The notes below the pieces were generated by a model. It searched no databases, was not told the DNA's origin, and saw nothing but the letters and a program-made list of their open reading frames with translations. Source: an uncultured Planctomycetota bacterium (lineage in GTDB: Bacteria > Planctomycetota > Planctomycetia > Isosphaerales > Isosphaeraceae). Taken from it: 64,000 nt of DNA. The position numbers and the translations under genes are program-made. This document shows, in pieces, positions 10,236 through 20,646 of this stretch (its first letter is position 1; each line of letters opens with the position of its first letter). The DNA lies in contig CAWGMQ010000010.1 in the NCBI GenBank assembly GCA_963823665.1, positions 288,001 through 352,000 of the forward strand. Reading direction: 5' to 3'.

Positions 10236-11225
10236 ATGATCAGAGTGCCCATGTATCCGTTGCGATTCGAACCGATTTACCAGTATCGGCTCTGGGGCGG
10301 CCGGCGTTTGGCCTCGTTGCTGAAGGCGCCCCTCCCCGGCGACGGACCCATCGGCGAAGCCTGGCTGCTCTCCGACCGCGATGACCATCTCAGCACGGTC
10401 GCCGACGGACCGCTCAAAGGATCGACCATCCGGCAATTGATGGAGCAGTCGCCGGAGCAGTTGCTGGGAAATTTGGCGGGGCGATTCCGACGGTTCCCGG
10501 TGCTCCTCAAATTCCTCGACGCACACGACAAGCTCTCGGTTCAGGTGCATCCCCAGGATGAGCAGACCGACTATATCCCAGCCGGCGAGAGCGGCAAGAC
10601 CGAAGCATGGGTCGTGCTCGACGTGGCAAGGGACAGTTGTATCTACGCGGGCCTGAAGCGAGGCACCACTCAAGGTGATCTCGACCGAGCGCTCAAAAAC
10701 CGGGCGGTGGCGGACCTTCTGGCAGGCTTCACGCCGACGGTCGGCGACGCCGTCCTCGTCCGAGCTGGGACCGTTCACTCTCTCTCTGACGTGGTGGTTT
10801 TCGAAGTGCAGGAAAATAGCGACGTCACATTTCGCCTGTACGACTGGGATCGAACTGATCCCAAGACAGGCAAGCCTCGACCGTTGCAGGTCGAGCAGGC
10901 GGTTGCCTGCATCGATTTCGACCAGGTCGCGATAGGTCCGCTCAAGCCGGTGGTCGAGCAGGCGGCGCCGGTCCGGCGCGAGCGACTCTTTCAGTGTGAG
11001 CATTTCTCGGTGTGGCGGCACTCGGGACAGTCGCCGTTCACAGTCGGCGCGGCGAGCACGCCACGCGTGCTGGTTTGTCTCGCCGGCGAAGGGGAGCTCG
11101 AGCACGGCGGCGCCGATTATCCCCTCGGCCGCGGCGACGTCGTGCTCTTGCCGGCGGAGGTCGGCGCATGTTCCTGCCGGCCGCGCAATGCCGTCAGCCT
11201 GCTGGAGGTCGCGCTGCCGGAATAG
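10236..11225 (+). CDS. manA: Class I mannose-6-phosphate isomerase (cupin)
   Basis: LWGG, IGEAW, LSVQVHP, GKTEAW, GTVH, EVQENSDVTFRLYDW. Confidence 0.88.
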   Translation: MIRVPMYPLRFEPIYQYRLWGGRRLASLLKAPLPGDGPIGEAWLLSDRDDHLSTVADGPLKGSTIRQLMEQSPEQLLGNLAGRFRRFPVLLKFLDAHDKLSVQVHPQDEQTDYIPAGESGKTEAWVVLDVARDSCIYAGLKRGTTQGDLDRALKNRAVADLLAGFTPTVGDAVLVRAGTVHSLSDVVVFEVQENSDVTFRLYDWDRTDPKTGKPRPLQVEQAVACIDFDQVAIGPLKPVVEQAAPVRRERLFQCEHFSVWRHSGQSPFTVGAASTPRVLVCLAGEGELEHGGADYPLGRGDVVLLPAEVGACSCRPRNAVSLLEVALPE

Positions 11226-11243
11226 TTCCGCGCGGAGGGCACA

Positions 11244-11987
11244 ATGAAAAAGCTCGTGGTTTTCGACCTGGACGGAACCCTTGCCCAGAGCAAGTCATCG
11301 ATCGATGCCGAGATGGCAGCATTATTTGATAAGCTGCTCGTGATCATCAAAGTTTCTGTGATATCCGGTGGTAACTGGCCGCAATTTCAAAAACAGGTGC
11401 TTTCTCACCTTGCCAGTGACCAGCGATTGAAGAATCTTTCTCTCCTGCCTACTTGTGGAACACAGTTCTACAAATACGAAAGTGATTGGACTCGGATTTA
11501 CGCGGAGGATTTTACCCCTGAACAGAAAGAGAAGATTATCAGCTCACTCAAGAAAGCGATCGAGCAATCGGGCCTGAAGGCCGAAAAGGTCTGGGGCGAG
11601 GTGATCGAAGACCGGGGAAGTCAAATCACCTTTTCCGCGTTAGGTCAAGAAGCGCCGCTCGAAGAAAAGGTGAAATGGGACCCTGAGTTCGCCAAGCGGA
11701 AGAAGATGAAAGGTTTTCTTGACACGTTGATCCCGGAATTTGCAGTCCGCCTCGGTGGGTCGACGTCCATTGACGTCACGAAGCCGGGCATCGACAAAGC
11801 ATACGGGATCAGAAAGTTGCGAGACATTCTTGGCATTGCCATCGAAGAGATGATCTTTGTCGGCGATGCCTTGTTTCCCGGCGGCAACGACTATCCGGCC
11901 GAGCAAGCCGGTGTTGTTTCGATCCGGGTCAAGGATCCGCATGAGACGAAACGCGTTATCGAAACAATCATCGCTTGTCTGGGTTGA
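11244..11987 (+). CDS. HAD-IIB hydrolase, eukaryotic-type phosphomannomutase
   Basis: FDLDGT, EDRGSQITFSALG, GGSTSID, GD...GGND. Confidence 0.8.
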   Translation: MKKLVVFDLDGTLAQSKSSIDAEMAALFDKLLVIIKVSVISGGNWPQFQKQVLSHLASDQRLKNLSLLPTCGTQFYKYESDWTRIYAEDFTPEQKEKIISSLKKAIEQSGLKAEKVWGEVIEDRGSQITFSALGQEAPLEEKVKWDPEFAKRKKMKGFLDTLIPEFAVRLGGSTSIDVTKPGIDKAYGIRKLRDILGIAIEEMIFVGDALFPGGNDYPAEQAGVVSIRVKDPHETKRVIETIIACLG

Positions 11988-12020
11988 GTCCGGCCGAGCG
12001 AGACCTTGTGAGGGGAGCTA

Positions 12021-13211
12021 ATGGCAGGATTCCAAATGAAGCGACTCGGGATGCTGATGGAGCCCGAGCCGGGAAATGCCCTGGAGGTCGAAGGCGTCTT
12101 GAACCCGGCGGGGATTCGCGGCCCTGACGGTCAATTTTACCTTTTCCCTCGCCTGGTCGCGAAGGGGAATTTCTCGCGCATCGGCATCGCACGCGTGAAG
12201 TTCAATGAGGCCGGCGATCCGATGGGCGTTGAGCGCCTGGGCATCGCGCTCGAGCCCCAAACCGATTACGAGCTGCGGCCTGACGGCAGCGGAGGCTGTG
12301 AGGATCCGCGAATTACTTTTGGCGAAGACATCAAACGCTACGTCATGACTTACACGGCGCTTTCGCCCGAAGGCCCACGGATTGCCCTGGCCCTATCCGA
12401 GGACCTGTTCCACTGGCAGCGTTTGGGGCTGGCGACCTTCCGCCCGTATGAGGGCATCGAGTTCGACGGTGTGGACAACAAGGATGCCAGCATCTTCCCA
12501 GTGGCCATTCGCGATCCTGAAGGGAAGCCGGCAATGGCCATACTCCACAGGCCACTCTTTCCCGGAACTCGTCCTGAGGAAACGGTCTCTCAACCGGCGT
12601 CCCGCGCGGTTGATCCGCAGCGAGAGAGCATCTGGATTTCCTACTGTCCACTGGGCAGGGTTGACGATCTTCCGTATCACCTCAGCCATTTTACTCTGCA
12701 TAACCGGTTGGCCAGCCCGGTGGCGCCCTGGGAGCAGCTCAAGATCGGCGGCGGCACTCCTCCCGTCCTGACCCGGCACGGATGGATGGTTATCTACCAC
12801 GGCGTCCGCACACTGGCGGGCTCGACCACGGCAGCGCGCAAGTTATGTTACTCCGCCGGTGTGATGGTGCTCTCCAAAGAGCTTCCCCGTTTGATTCGTT
12901 ATCGCTCGCCTGAACCGGTGCTGACGCCGGAATTGCCGCAGGAATGCATCGGGACCGTTGCCCACGTCGTGTTTCCGACCGCCATCGACCGGCGCGATGA
13001 TCTCGGCCTGCCCGATCGATTCGACGTTTATTACGGGATGGCCGACAACCGGATCGGAGTGGCGCGTCTCGACGTGCCGAAGACCTTGCCCCCAGGGGGA
13101 CTCGCCGACCCGCCCCGAGCCAATCGCTCAATTCCCATCGATCGTCAATCCAAGACGGAGAGTCGCGAACGCGTCCCGGTCAACACTAAAGGAGGTTCCT
13201 CGCCAACATGA
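12021..13211 (+). CDS. GH130 glycosidase/beta-mannoside phosphorylase
   Basis: [39 protein letters not shown]. Confidence 0.82.
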   Translation: MAGFQMKRLGMLMEPEPGNALEVEGVLNPAGIRGPDGQFYLFPRLVAKGNFSRIGIARVKFNEAGDPMGVERLGIALEPQTDYELRPDGSGGCEDPRITFGEDIKRYVMTYTALSPEGPRIALALSEDLFHWQRLGLATFRPYEGIEFDGVDNKDASIFPVAIRDPEGKPAMAILHRPLFPGTRPEETVSQPASRAVDPQRESIWISYCPLGRVDDLPYHLSHFTLHNRLASPVAPWEQLKIGGGTPPVLTRHGWMVIYHGVRTLAGSTTAARKLCYSAGVMVLSKELPRLIRYRSPEPVLTPELPQECIGTVAHVVFPTAIDRRDDLGLPDRFDVYYGMADNRIGVARLDVPKTLPPGGLADPPRANRSIPIDRQSKTESRERVPVNTKGGSSPT

Positions 13212-15252
13212 CTTACTCAGCCACCATCGCTCCGCCGGAACTGGACGAGCTCTGTGTCAATACGCTGCGCTTCCTGGCGGTGGACGCCGTGCAGAAAGCC
13301 AAGTCCGGCCACCCCGGCCTGCCTCTGGGTTCCTCGGCGATGGCTTATGCACTCTGGGATCGCTTTCTCAAGTTCAACCCGTGTGATCCCATCTGGCCCG
13401 ACCGCGATCGCTTTGTTCTCTCGGCCGGCCATGGATGTGCGCTCTTGTACGCGCTGCTTCATGTCACGGGCTTCGATTTGCCGCTGGCGGAGCTCGAGAG
13501 GTTCCGCCAGTGGGGAAGCCGTACCCCAGGCCATCCGGAATATGGAAAGACGGAAGGCGTCGAGGCCACCACCGGTCCCTTGGGGCAAGGCCTGGCCAAC
13601 GCCGTCGGCATGGCCATCGCCGAGGTCGCTCTTGCAGCGCGCTTCAATCGACCTCGTCACCAAATCGTGGACCACTACACTTACGTTTTGGCCAGCGATG
13701 GCGATCTGGAGGAAGGGATATCTTCCGAGGCTGGATCAGAAGCCGGTCACCTGCGGCTTGGCAAGCTCATCGTCCTCTATGCCGACAACCACATCACGAT
13801 CGAGGGCAGCACGAAGCTCGCCTTTACCGAAGACCGTTCGGCCCGTTTCGCCGCGTTCGGCTGGCATGTCCAGCGGGTCGAAGCCAGCAACGACGTTGAC
13901 GCGATCGCTGCCGCGATCGAGGCTGCCAGGGAAGAGACGGGTCGGCCGTCCTTGATTCAGGTTCGCACCCACATCGGCTTCGGCAGCCCCCACAAGCAAG
14001 ACACCGCTGCGGCCCACGGCGAGCCACTCGGCCTGGAAGAAGTTCGTCTGACCAAAGAGGCGCTGGGCTGGCCGGTCGAACCTCCCTTCCATATTCCCGA
14101 GGAGGCCCTGGATCATTTCCGGGAAGCAGTCGCGCGGGGAGCACTGCGCACGCGGAATGGAAGTTACGTCTCGAACTTTATGCGGAGGAACACCCCGACC
14201 TCGCCGCAGAGTTCGAGCGGGTCACGCTTCGGCAACTTTCGAGCGGCTGGGATGCCGACCTCCCGACATTCACCTCAGGCGAAGGCCCAATGGCAACCCG
14301 CATCGCTTCGGGAAAGACGATCGCGGCTCTGGGCTCTCGTCTTCCCGAGTTGATGGGAGGCTCGGCCGATCTTGCTCCCAGCACCCATACGAACATGGAC
14401 GGGGCCGGCAGCTTCGAGCCTGAGACCCGATCGGGACGCAACATGCACTTCGGCATCCGGGAGCATGCCATGGGCGCCATTCTGAACGGTATGGCGCTCC
14501 ACCGCGGCCTCATCCCGTATGGAGCAACCTTCCTGATCTTCAGCGATTATATGCGTCCGCCGATGCGCTTAGCGGCCATGAACGGCCTGCCGGTGATCTA
14601 TGTCTTCACCCACGACAGCATCGCCATGGGAGAGGACGGCCCAACCCATCAGCCTGTCGAACATTTGCTGGGACTCAGATCCATCCCCGGCATGGTTGTC
14701 ATCCGGCCGGCCGATGCGAACGAGACGGTTGCCGCCTGGCGTGTCGCGATCGAGCACAGAGAAGGTCCGGTCGCCCTGGTGCTCACGCGCCAGGGACTCC
14801 CCGTGCTCGAAATTGCCCGATATCCGGGCGTACCCGCTGGAGTGCCCCTGGGTGGCTATGTCCTCGTGGACTCTCCTGCCAGTTGTTTACCCGATATCAT
14901 TCTGATTGCGACCGGTTCCGAAGTGCATCTCGCGCTCGAGAGCCGTGAACGGTTGGCGACCGAGGGCGTCCAGGCCAGGGTGGTGAGTCTGCCGAGCACC
15001 AACCTCTTCTCGATGCAGTCGGAGAAATATCGGAACAAGGTCTTGCCCCCGGGCGTGCCCCTCTTGGCCATCGAGGCCGGTGCGTCCCTCGGCTGGAAAT
15101 CCTATGTCGGTCCCCAGATCGCCGTGATCGGCGTGGACACCTTCGGGGCATCAGCCCCCGGGCCAGTCGTGATGCAGCATTATGGCTTCACAGTCGAGAA
15201 TGTCTGCAACCAAACCCATAACTTGCTCGGCCAAGTCAAGGAGAAACGGTGA
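13208..15252 (+). CDS. tkt: Transketolase (frameshift near 14145)
   Basis: [20 protein letters not shown]; then [23 protein letters not shown] in second frame. Confidence 0.9.
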
Positions 15253-15698
15253 TGCGCGTGGGAATTGCCGCGGACCATGGAGGGTTTGCTCTCAAGGTAG
15301 AGATGGCTGAGGCCCTTCGGACCGCCGGGCATGAAGTCGTCGATTTCGGCGCACGCATCCTGACTTCGGGGGATGACTACCCCGATTACGTTGTACCCCT
15401 GGCTCTGTCGGTGGCAGAGGAGAAAGTCGAACGTGGCGTGGCCTTTTGCGGGAGTGGCGTGGGAGCGTCCGTCGCCGCCAACAAGGTGCCCGGCGTTCGT
15501 GCCGGTCTGATCCACGACGTTTACTCGGCGCACCAGGGAGTCGAAGACGACAACATGAACATGCTTTGCATGGGTGGACGGGTAATCGGCCCGGCGCTGG
15601 CGTGGGAACTCGTCCAGGCGTTCGTGGCCGCCCGCTTCAGCGGAGCCGAACGCCACCAGCGCCGTTTGGCGAAGGTGGCGGCCCTGGAGAACGACTGA
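15252..15698 (+). CDS. rpiB: Ribose-5-phosphate isomerase B
   Basis: DHGG, DYPD, CGSGVG, ANKV, RHQRR. Confidence 0.92.
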   Translation: MRVGIAADHGGFALKVEMAEALRTAGHEVVDFGARILTSGDDYPDYVVPLALSVAEEKVERGVAFCGSGVGASVAANKVPGVRAGLIHDVYSAHQGVEDDNMNMLCMGGRVIGPALAWELVQAFVAARFSGAERHQRRLAKVAALEND

Positions 15699-15743
15699 GG
15701 AGAATATCGCCGTGGAAGCGCAGATGCGGTCCCGGACGCGAAG

Positions 15744-15978
15744 ATGAAACCTCGCGATCAAGGACAATTCACTTTCGATCGTCCTGTTCGTGCTCTTTCT
15801 CATCTGCATTTCCGCACATAGCATTGCCGGCCGGTGGCTCCAAAACGATATTCTTGCGGCACACGGGCGCTCGTCGGTCGGCTACTGGCGTTTTCTGTCA
15901 ACCGGCGCCTTCCTTGAGGGCCTCGCCTCAAACTGGCAGGCAGCCGTCCTTCAAACAACCGGCAAGGCGAACAAATAA
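15744..15978 (+). pseudogene. Truncated membrane-protein remnant (DUF6766-like)
   Basis: KDNSLSIVLFVLF...FLEGLASNWQA; ATG out of frame and C-terminus missing. Confidence 0.4.
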
Positions 15979-16064
15979 TCAGCACGGATCAAGACGTCGG
16001 TTCTCTTGACACGGCGAGCCACTTGCGCGTCAGCGGCCCGATCAGGTCGAAGGTCCGCATGGTG

Positions 16065-16439
16065 TCAGCGCTTGGCTTGGTGGCAAGGGGGTGGCTCGGC
16101 CAGCGTCACGACAACAAACGCTTCGCCGGTTACCGTGCTGATGTCGTGGTGCAGACTGACCACCTTGACGTCGGTGACATCCTGGACCATCGCTTGTATG
16201 AGCGGCTTCGCCGTTTCGATCAGTTGGGTCCGTATTTGCTTGAGCAAATCCCTCCCCCTATCGGATGGGAATTTGGCAAGGTGCTGTTCGGCGGGTGTCA
16301 ACATGCCCTGAAGCCGGACGACGATGAAATCCCCGAGCAGGAAGGCGCGAATGTTTTTGGGGCCTCGGCCCCTGTATTCCTGCTCAAAGCGACTCATCAC
16401 GTCGCAGATGGCGGCCTCGATTTCTCCTTGGGTTTTCAT
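16065..16439 (-). CDS. DUF2294 (MpsC/YbcI-family) protein
   Basis: KTQGEIEAAI, GRGP, RLQGMLTPAEQ.L, LHHDISTVTGE; 4-nt overlap with upstream kinase. Confidence 0.85.
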   Translation of the reverse strand: MKTQGEIEAAICDVMSRFEQEYRGRGPKNIRAFLLGDFIVVRLQGMLTPAEQHLAKFPSDRGRDLLKQIRTQLIETAKPLIQAMVQDVTDVKVVSLHHDISTVTGEAFVVVTLAEPPPCHQAKR

Positions 16440-18406
16440 CGTGCCGGCAACTCCGAGACGGTCGCCAAGATTTGCAGCACCTTCCCGAAATCGCCCGGCT
16501 TGACCAGGTGGTGATCGAACCCCGCATCGAACGAACGCTGAAGGTCGCTCACCCCTCCGTACCCGGTCATGGCGACAAGCACAGCATTCTGGAGAGCGGG
16601 CTGCTGACGTATCTGCTTCGCGACCTCAAAGCCATTGAGCCCCGGCAAGCCGATGTCGAGCAGCACCACGTTCGGCCGGTAATCGAGGGCCGCTTCCAGG
16701 ACGGCTGAGCCGTCGTAAGCCATCCTGACATCGTGGCCGGATTCATTCACCAGCAATGCCAGGGTCGTCACGGTATCCACGTTGTCATCCACAACCAGCA
16801 CGCGCAAGGATTGTCCGCTCGATTGGGCCGACTGGGGAGACGGCGATGCCGGCTGCTGCTGGGGAGGTGACACCACCGGCAGACGCACGACGAACTCGCT
16901 GCCTTGCCCCAAAACGCTAGTTGCCGCCACCGTTCCACCGTGCATTTCCACGAGGCGCTGCACCAAAGCCAGTCCGATGCCCAACCCACCTTGCGAGCGG
17001 TCCAGGGACCGTTCCCCCTGGGTGAACAGGTCGAAGATGCGGGGCAGTGTTTCGGGGGCGATGCCGACGCCCGTATCCCGCACACGCAGCACCGCCTCCG
17101 TGCCCTCTTGTTGCAACGTCAACCAAACGTGACCGCCTCGCTCCGTGTACTTGGCGGCATTGGTCAGCAGGTTCACCATCACTTGTTCCAACCGGGCAGC
17201 GTCGGCGTTTAGCCAGATCGCTTGCGCGGGCAGCGACACGGTGAGTTCATGCTTGCGCAGGTCGATCAGCGACCGGACGGTCGCAACCGCGTGTTCCACG
17301 ACGACGCCCACGGCAATCGGTTCTTGATGAAGCTGAATCCTTCCGGTGGTAATGCGAGAGACTTCGAGTAGTTCATCAACGATCTGCGTCAGTTGTCCGA
17401 CCTGACGCTCAATGATGCTGGCGGATTGCTGAAGTATTGGGTTCTCGATACCGTGCAGTCGATTCCGATTGCTGTGCAGGCGCAGGAGAAGAGCGGCATT
17501 GAGGATGGGGGCAAGGGGGTTGCGAAGTTCATGGCTGAGCATCGCCAGGAACTCATCTTTGCGGCGGTCCAGGTCGGCGAGTGCCGCTGCCTGCTCCTGG
17601 GTCAGTCGCTGCAAGCGTCTGCGTTCGGTGATGTCGCGGATGTTGCATTGAACGACCTGGTGTTGGTTCTCCGCATAGACGTTGCTGACGAACTCGACCT
17701 CGACGTTTTGGCCACTTCTGTTCTCGAGGGGCAGGTTTTCATAGCGGACGTAGCCCGTCTTTTGCAGTTCCCGGTAGGCGGCCTGGCTCTCTTCGATATG
17801 GCGGAACAGACCGATCTCCCAGAGTTCCTTGCCCAGGAACTCATCGTGCGAGAAGCCCAGCAAGGTCGTCATGAACGGGTTGGCGTCGATCACCTTACCC
17901 GTGAGTGCGTCGAGGATGAGGATGCCGTCCTTGGCCATCTGGAACAGCCGCCGATACCGGACTTCGGAGTGCGCCATGGCGGCGTCCGTCTGCCGGCGAG
18001 CAGTAACGTCCTCGATGGCTAGAAGGACCAATTCCGGCTCGTTGCTCTCCGGCGGGAACCTGCGGGCGTTAAGCAGCATTGTCCTTTGCCCGAGAGTCGG
18101 GAAGGTGTGTTCAACCTCGACGTCTTCAATGGGATGGCTGTTGGAAAGAACTTGGGGCAGCAACGTCCGCAGTTGGGGGATGTCCCACTGACCGTTGCCC
18201 AGGTCATAGACGAAGCGGCCCTCCGTGTCCTCTTTCGAGGCATGGAAATCCCGGTAGAACGCGCCGTTGGCGGTGCGTACCCGCAGGCTCTTGTCGAGAA
18301 CCACGAACGGCTCTCTCAGGGTCGCGATGATGTTTTCAGCGTACGCAAGGGCGAGCTGCAGTTCTGTTGTGCGCTTGTCAACGTTCGTTTCCATGCCGTT
18401 TCCCAT
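16436..18406 (-). CDS. Cytoplasmic PAS-PAS hybrid histidine kinase/receiver
   Basis: Two PAS domains, H-box LSHELRNPL, NLLTNAAKY, DTGVGI, GLGIGL, REC VVDD..LLDIGLP. Confidence 0.9.
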   Translation of the reverse strand: MGNGMETNVDKRTTELQLALAYAENIIATLREPFVVLDKSLRVRTANGAFYRDFHASKEDTEGRFVYDLGNGQWDIPQLRTLLPQVLSNSHPIEDVEVEHTFPTLGQRTMLLNARRFPPESNEPELVLLAIEDVTARRQTDAAMAHSEVRYRRLFQMAKDGILILDALTGKVIDANPFMTTLLGFSHDEFLGKELWEIGLFRHIEESQAAYRELQKTGYVRYENLPLENRSGQNVEVEFVSNVYAENQHQVVQCNIRDITERRRLQRLTQEQAAALADLDRRKDEFLAMLSHELRNPLAPILNAALLLRLHSNRNRLHGIENPILQQSASIIERQVGQLTQIVDELLEVSRITTGRIQLHQEPIAVGVVVEHAVATVRSLIDLRKHELTVSLPAQAIWLNADAARLEQVMVNLLTNAAKYTERGGHVWLTLQQEGTEAVLRVRDTGVGIAPETLPRIFDLFTQGERSLDRSQGGLGIGLALVQRLVEMHGGTVAATSVLGQGSEFVVRLPVVSPPQQQPASPSPQSAQSSGQSLRVLVVDDNVDTVTTLALLVNESGHDVRMAYDGSAVLEAALDYRPNVVLLDIGLPGLNGFEVAKQIRQQPALQNAVLVAMTGYGGVSDLQRSFDAGFDHHLVKPGDFGKVLQILATVSELPAR

Positions 18407-18562
18407 CTCCTGCCGTTTTCGGAGCTTAGCCCTTCGATCTAAAGGCTGTAACCAGAAAGTACATCTTATCGGGGGATCGGATGTGCCTCAACTAACGCCG
18501 ATCCTATGCCCGCCTGGACGTCTTTGACCAAGGCGGATCCTTCGGTTGGGGAAGGTGAGGAT

Positions 18563-19102
18563 TCAAGATGTCGGCGGCTCGTAGACATTGATGTGGTCCG
18601 GCCCTTGGGCGGCTAGCAGGCTGTGCGCGCGGGCCACGACCTCCGGAATGGACCGGACGATTACGAGAAACTTGCCCCCCTTGACGTGATTCTCGTAGTT
18701 GATCGCCCGGTCCTTCGGAACACCCCAGCCTACGAGCGCGCCCGCGAGGGTGCCCAGCGCGGTTCCCGCCAGCGCCCCTTCGATGCCCGCCAAGAGCGCC
18801 GCCGCGAGTGGACCGGCGACCCCGACGAGGCCCAGTCCCGGCAAGACCAGGAATCCCGCTCCAACGCACAGGCCGAACAGCCCCCCGAACAAGGACCCGC
18901 TTTCCGCCCCGGCCGTGACATAGTCGCCGCGGCTGACGAAGCCGCATGGCACCTCGGTCACCTGAGAGCCGCGGCCCACGATCGAGAGATCGTCGAGCGC
19001 GAACCCACCTACGTGGAGCTGCCGCACCGCGCGCTCGGCGGAAGCATGGTCGGGATAAACCGCCACGACGCTGGAAACAATCGCAGTTACCGCCTGGCTC
19101 AT
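18563..19102 (-). CDS. General stress membrane protein (divergent DUF1269/YflT-like paralog)
   Basis: VVAVY..H..AE.AV, LSIVG, PGLG..AGPL, YE.HVKGGKFLV. Confidence 0.65.
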   Translation of the reverse strand: MSQAVTAIVSSVVAVYPDHASAERAVRQLHVGGFALDDLSIVGRGSQVTEVPCGFVSRGDYVTAGAESGSLFGGLFGLCVGAGFLVLPGLGLVGVAGPLAAALLAGIEGALAGTALGTLAGALVGWGVPKDRAINYENHVKGGKFLVIVRSIPEVVARAHSLLAAQGPDHINVYEPPTS

Positions 19103-19151
19103 GATCGATTCCTTTTGTCGGGATTACTGCCCGGTTGGACGCCAGTGAAAG

Positions 19152-20633
19152 TCAGTTGGTTTCAGGGATCTCCTTCGCTTCCGTGACGGGACCGCCTTGA
19201 GTGAGGATCGACAGGTTTCCCAGGATCATCTGCTCCGTGCCGTCGATCGGCGTCCAGGGTTCATCGCCGCTGGACGCCGCGTCGGAGCCTGAGCCGCGGC
19301 GATTGGTGACCTCGATCCACTCGCCGTCGCTGACCCCGGTCTCTACTTCGATCCGTTTCGCATAGCCGTTCTCGCAGATCCAGCAGAACGACCTCTCCCC
19401 GACCTGCAATATGGTCTTGTCGCCGAGGTGCATGAGCGCCGAAACCGGCAGAGCCCACACGCCGGGCCGCTCGATTGTCACTTTGGCGTAAGCGTACATC
19501 CCTGGAAGGAGCTGGCTGCCTGGGTTGGTCAGGTCGATCTCGGCGCGGAGAGTGCGGCTCTCGATGTCGAGCGCCCATGCCGTTCGCGTGACGGTGCCGG
19601 GAATCGGCTGGTCGCGGAACGCCCTGATGAGCACGGTGGCCTTGGAGCCAACGTGGACGTAATTCGCGTAATGCTCCGGGATGTCGACGAAGATGCGGAC
19701 GATGTCCGTGCGGTCGACCACATAGATCGGCGCGGCGGAGCCACCGGGCGAGAGGTAGGGACCGCGGCGATTGGCCGAGGGGTCGCCCGTGCTGGGCAGG
19801 ACGAAATCGAAGGTATTGGCATTACGGGCCACGATGACGCCGTCATAGGGCGCGGGAAGTACGAGGTAATCCACCCAGGCCTGGAGCCGCTTCTCTTCGC
19901 TCTGGGCGAATTTCAGGTCGGCTTCGGCGACACCGACGTCCACGTTGGCCTCGGATAGCGCGGCCCGCTCGGAAAGCAGTTCGGCGCCGGCCTTCAGGAC
20001 CGTTGCGGCCGCCGCGTCCCGGGACGCGACGGACGCCTTCCAACGATTCGTGGTCTGGAGGACATCCTGGGGATTGACCACGCCCCGCTTGAGCTCCTTG
20101 TCCAGCCGCTTGGTCTCCGAGTCCCAGCGCTCGGCCTCGGCCCGATAGCCGGCGTGTTCCGCCCGGGCTTCCTCAAGCCGCGCCTGGGCCGCCTCGACGT
20201 CGGCCTTGGCCACTTTCACGGCCGCCTTGGCCAGCTCGATCTGCTCCAGGTCGAGCGCGACTATCGCCTTCTTCGTAGCGTGGTCCTCAACCAGCTCGGG
20301 CGCGAAGAGGTTGGCGAGCACATCGCCTTTCTTAACCTTGTCGCCGATGTCTACGATCCAATTCAGGATGTAAGCGTTCATTTTCGGATAGACCGACGAG
20401 CGCTCGTAGCTCTGCGTGAAGCTGGGCTGCCCGATGACCCGGACGATATCCCGGACCTGCGGCTGGACCAGCCGCACTGTCGGGGGTCTGCCCACACTCG
20501 TATAGTGGGACTCCGCCTTGTGGTGGCACCCCGACGGCACCAGGACGGCCAGAAGACCGAACGGGAGCTGGAACACCAGGCGGCGGCAGTGCACCAGGCT
20601 ATCCGAACGGGCGGAGAACGTGAATCGGCGCAT
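19152..20633 (-). CDS. RND efflux periplasmic adaptor (MFP) 1
   Basis: Lipobox-like VPSGC, lipoyl halves VDIGDKVKKG and APYDGVI, coiled coil, RTLRAEIDL, LLPGMY. Confidence 0.85.
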   Translation of the reverse strand: MRRFTFSARSDSLVHCRRLVFQLPFGLLAVLVPSGCHHKAESHYTSVGRPPTVRLVQPQVRDIVRVIGQPSFTQSYERSSVYPKMNAYILNWIVDIGDKVKKGDVLANLFAPELVEDHATKKAIVALDLEQIELAKAAVKVAKADVEAAQARLEEARAEHAGYRAEAERWDSETKRLDKELKRGVVNPQDVLQTTNRWKASVASRDAAAATVLKAGAELLSERAALSEANVDVGVAEADLKFAQSEEKRLQAWVDYLVLPAPYDGVIVARNANTFDFVLPSTGDPSANRRGPYLSPGGSAAPIYVVDRTDIVRIFVDIPEHYANYVHVGSKATVLIRAFRDQPIPGTVTRTAWALDIESRTLRAEIDLTNPGSQLLPGMYAYAKVTIERPGVWALPVSALMHLGDKTILQVGERSFCWICENGYAKRIEVETGVSDGEWIEVTNRRGSGSDAASSGDEPWTPIDGTEQMILGNLSILTQGGPVTEAKEIPETN

Positions 20634-20646
20634 CACTGGCCCCCCA

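Noticed and set aside
14100..14353. Naturally split transketolase or programmed frameshifting
   Set aside because: The second frame continues seamlessly from ~14146 and no slippery heptamer is evident; better explained as an indel
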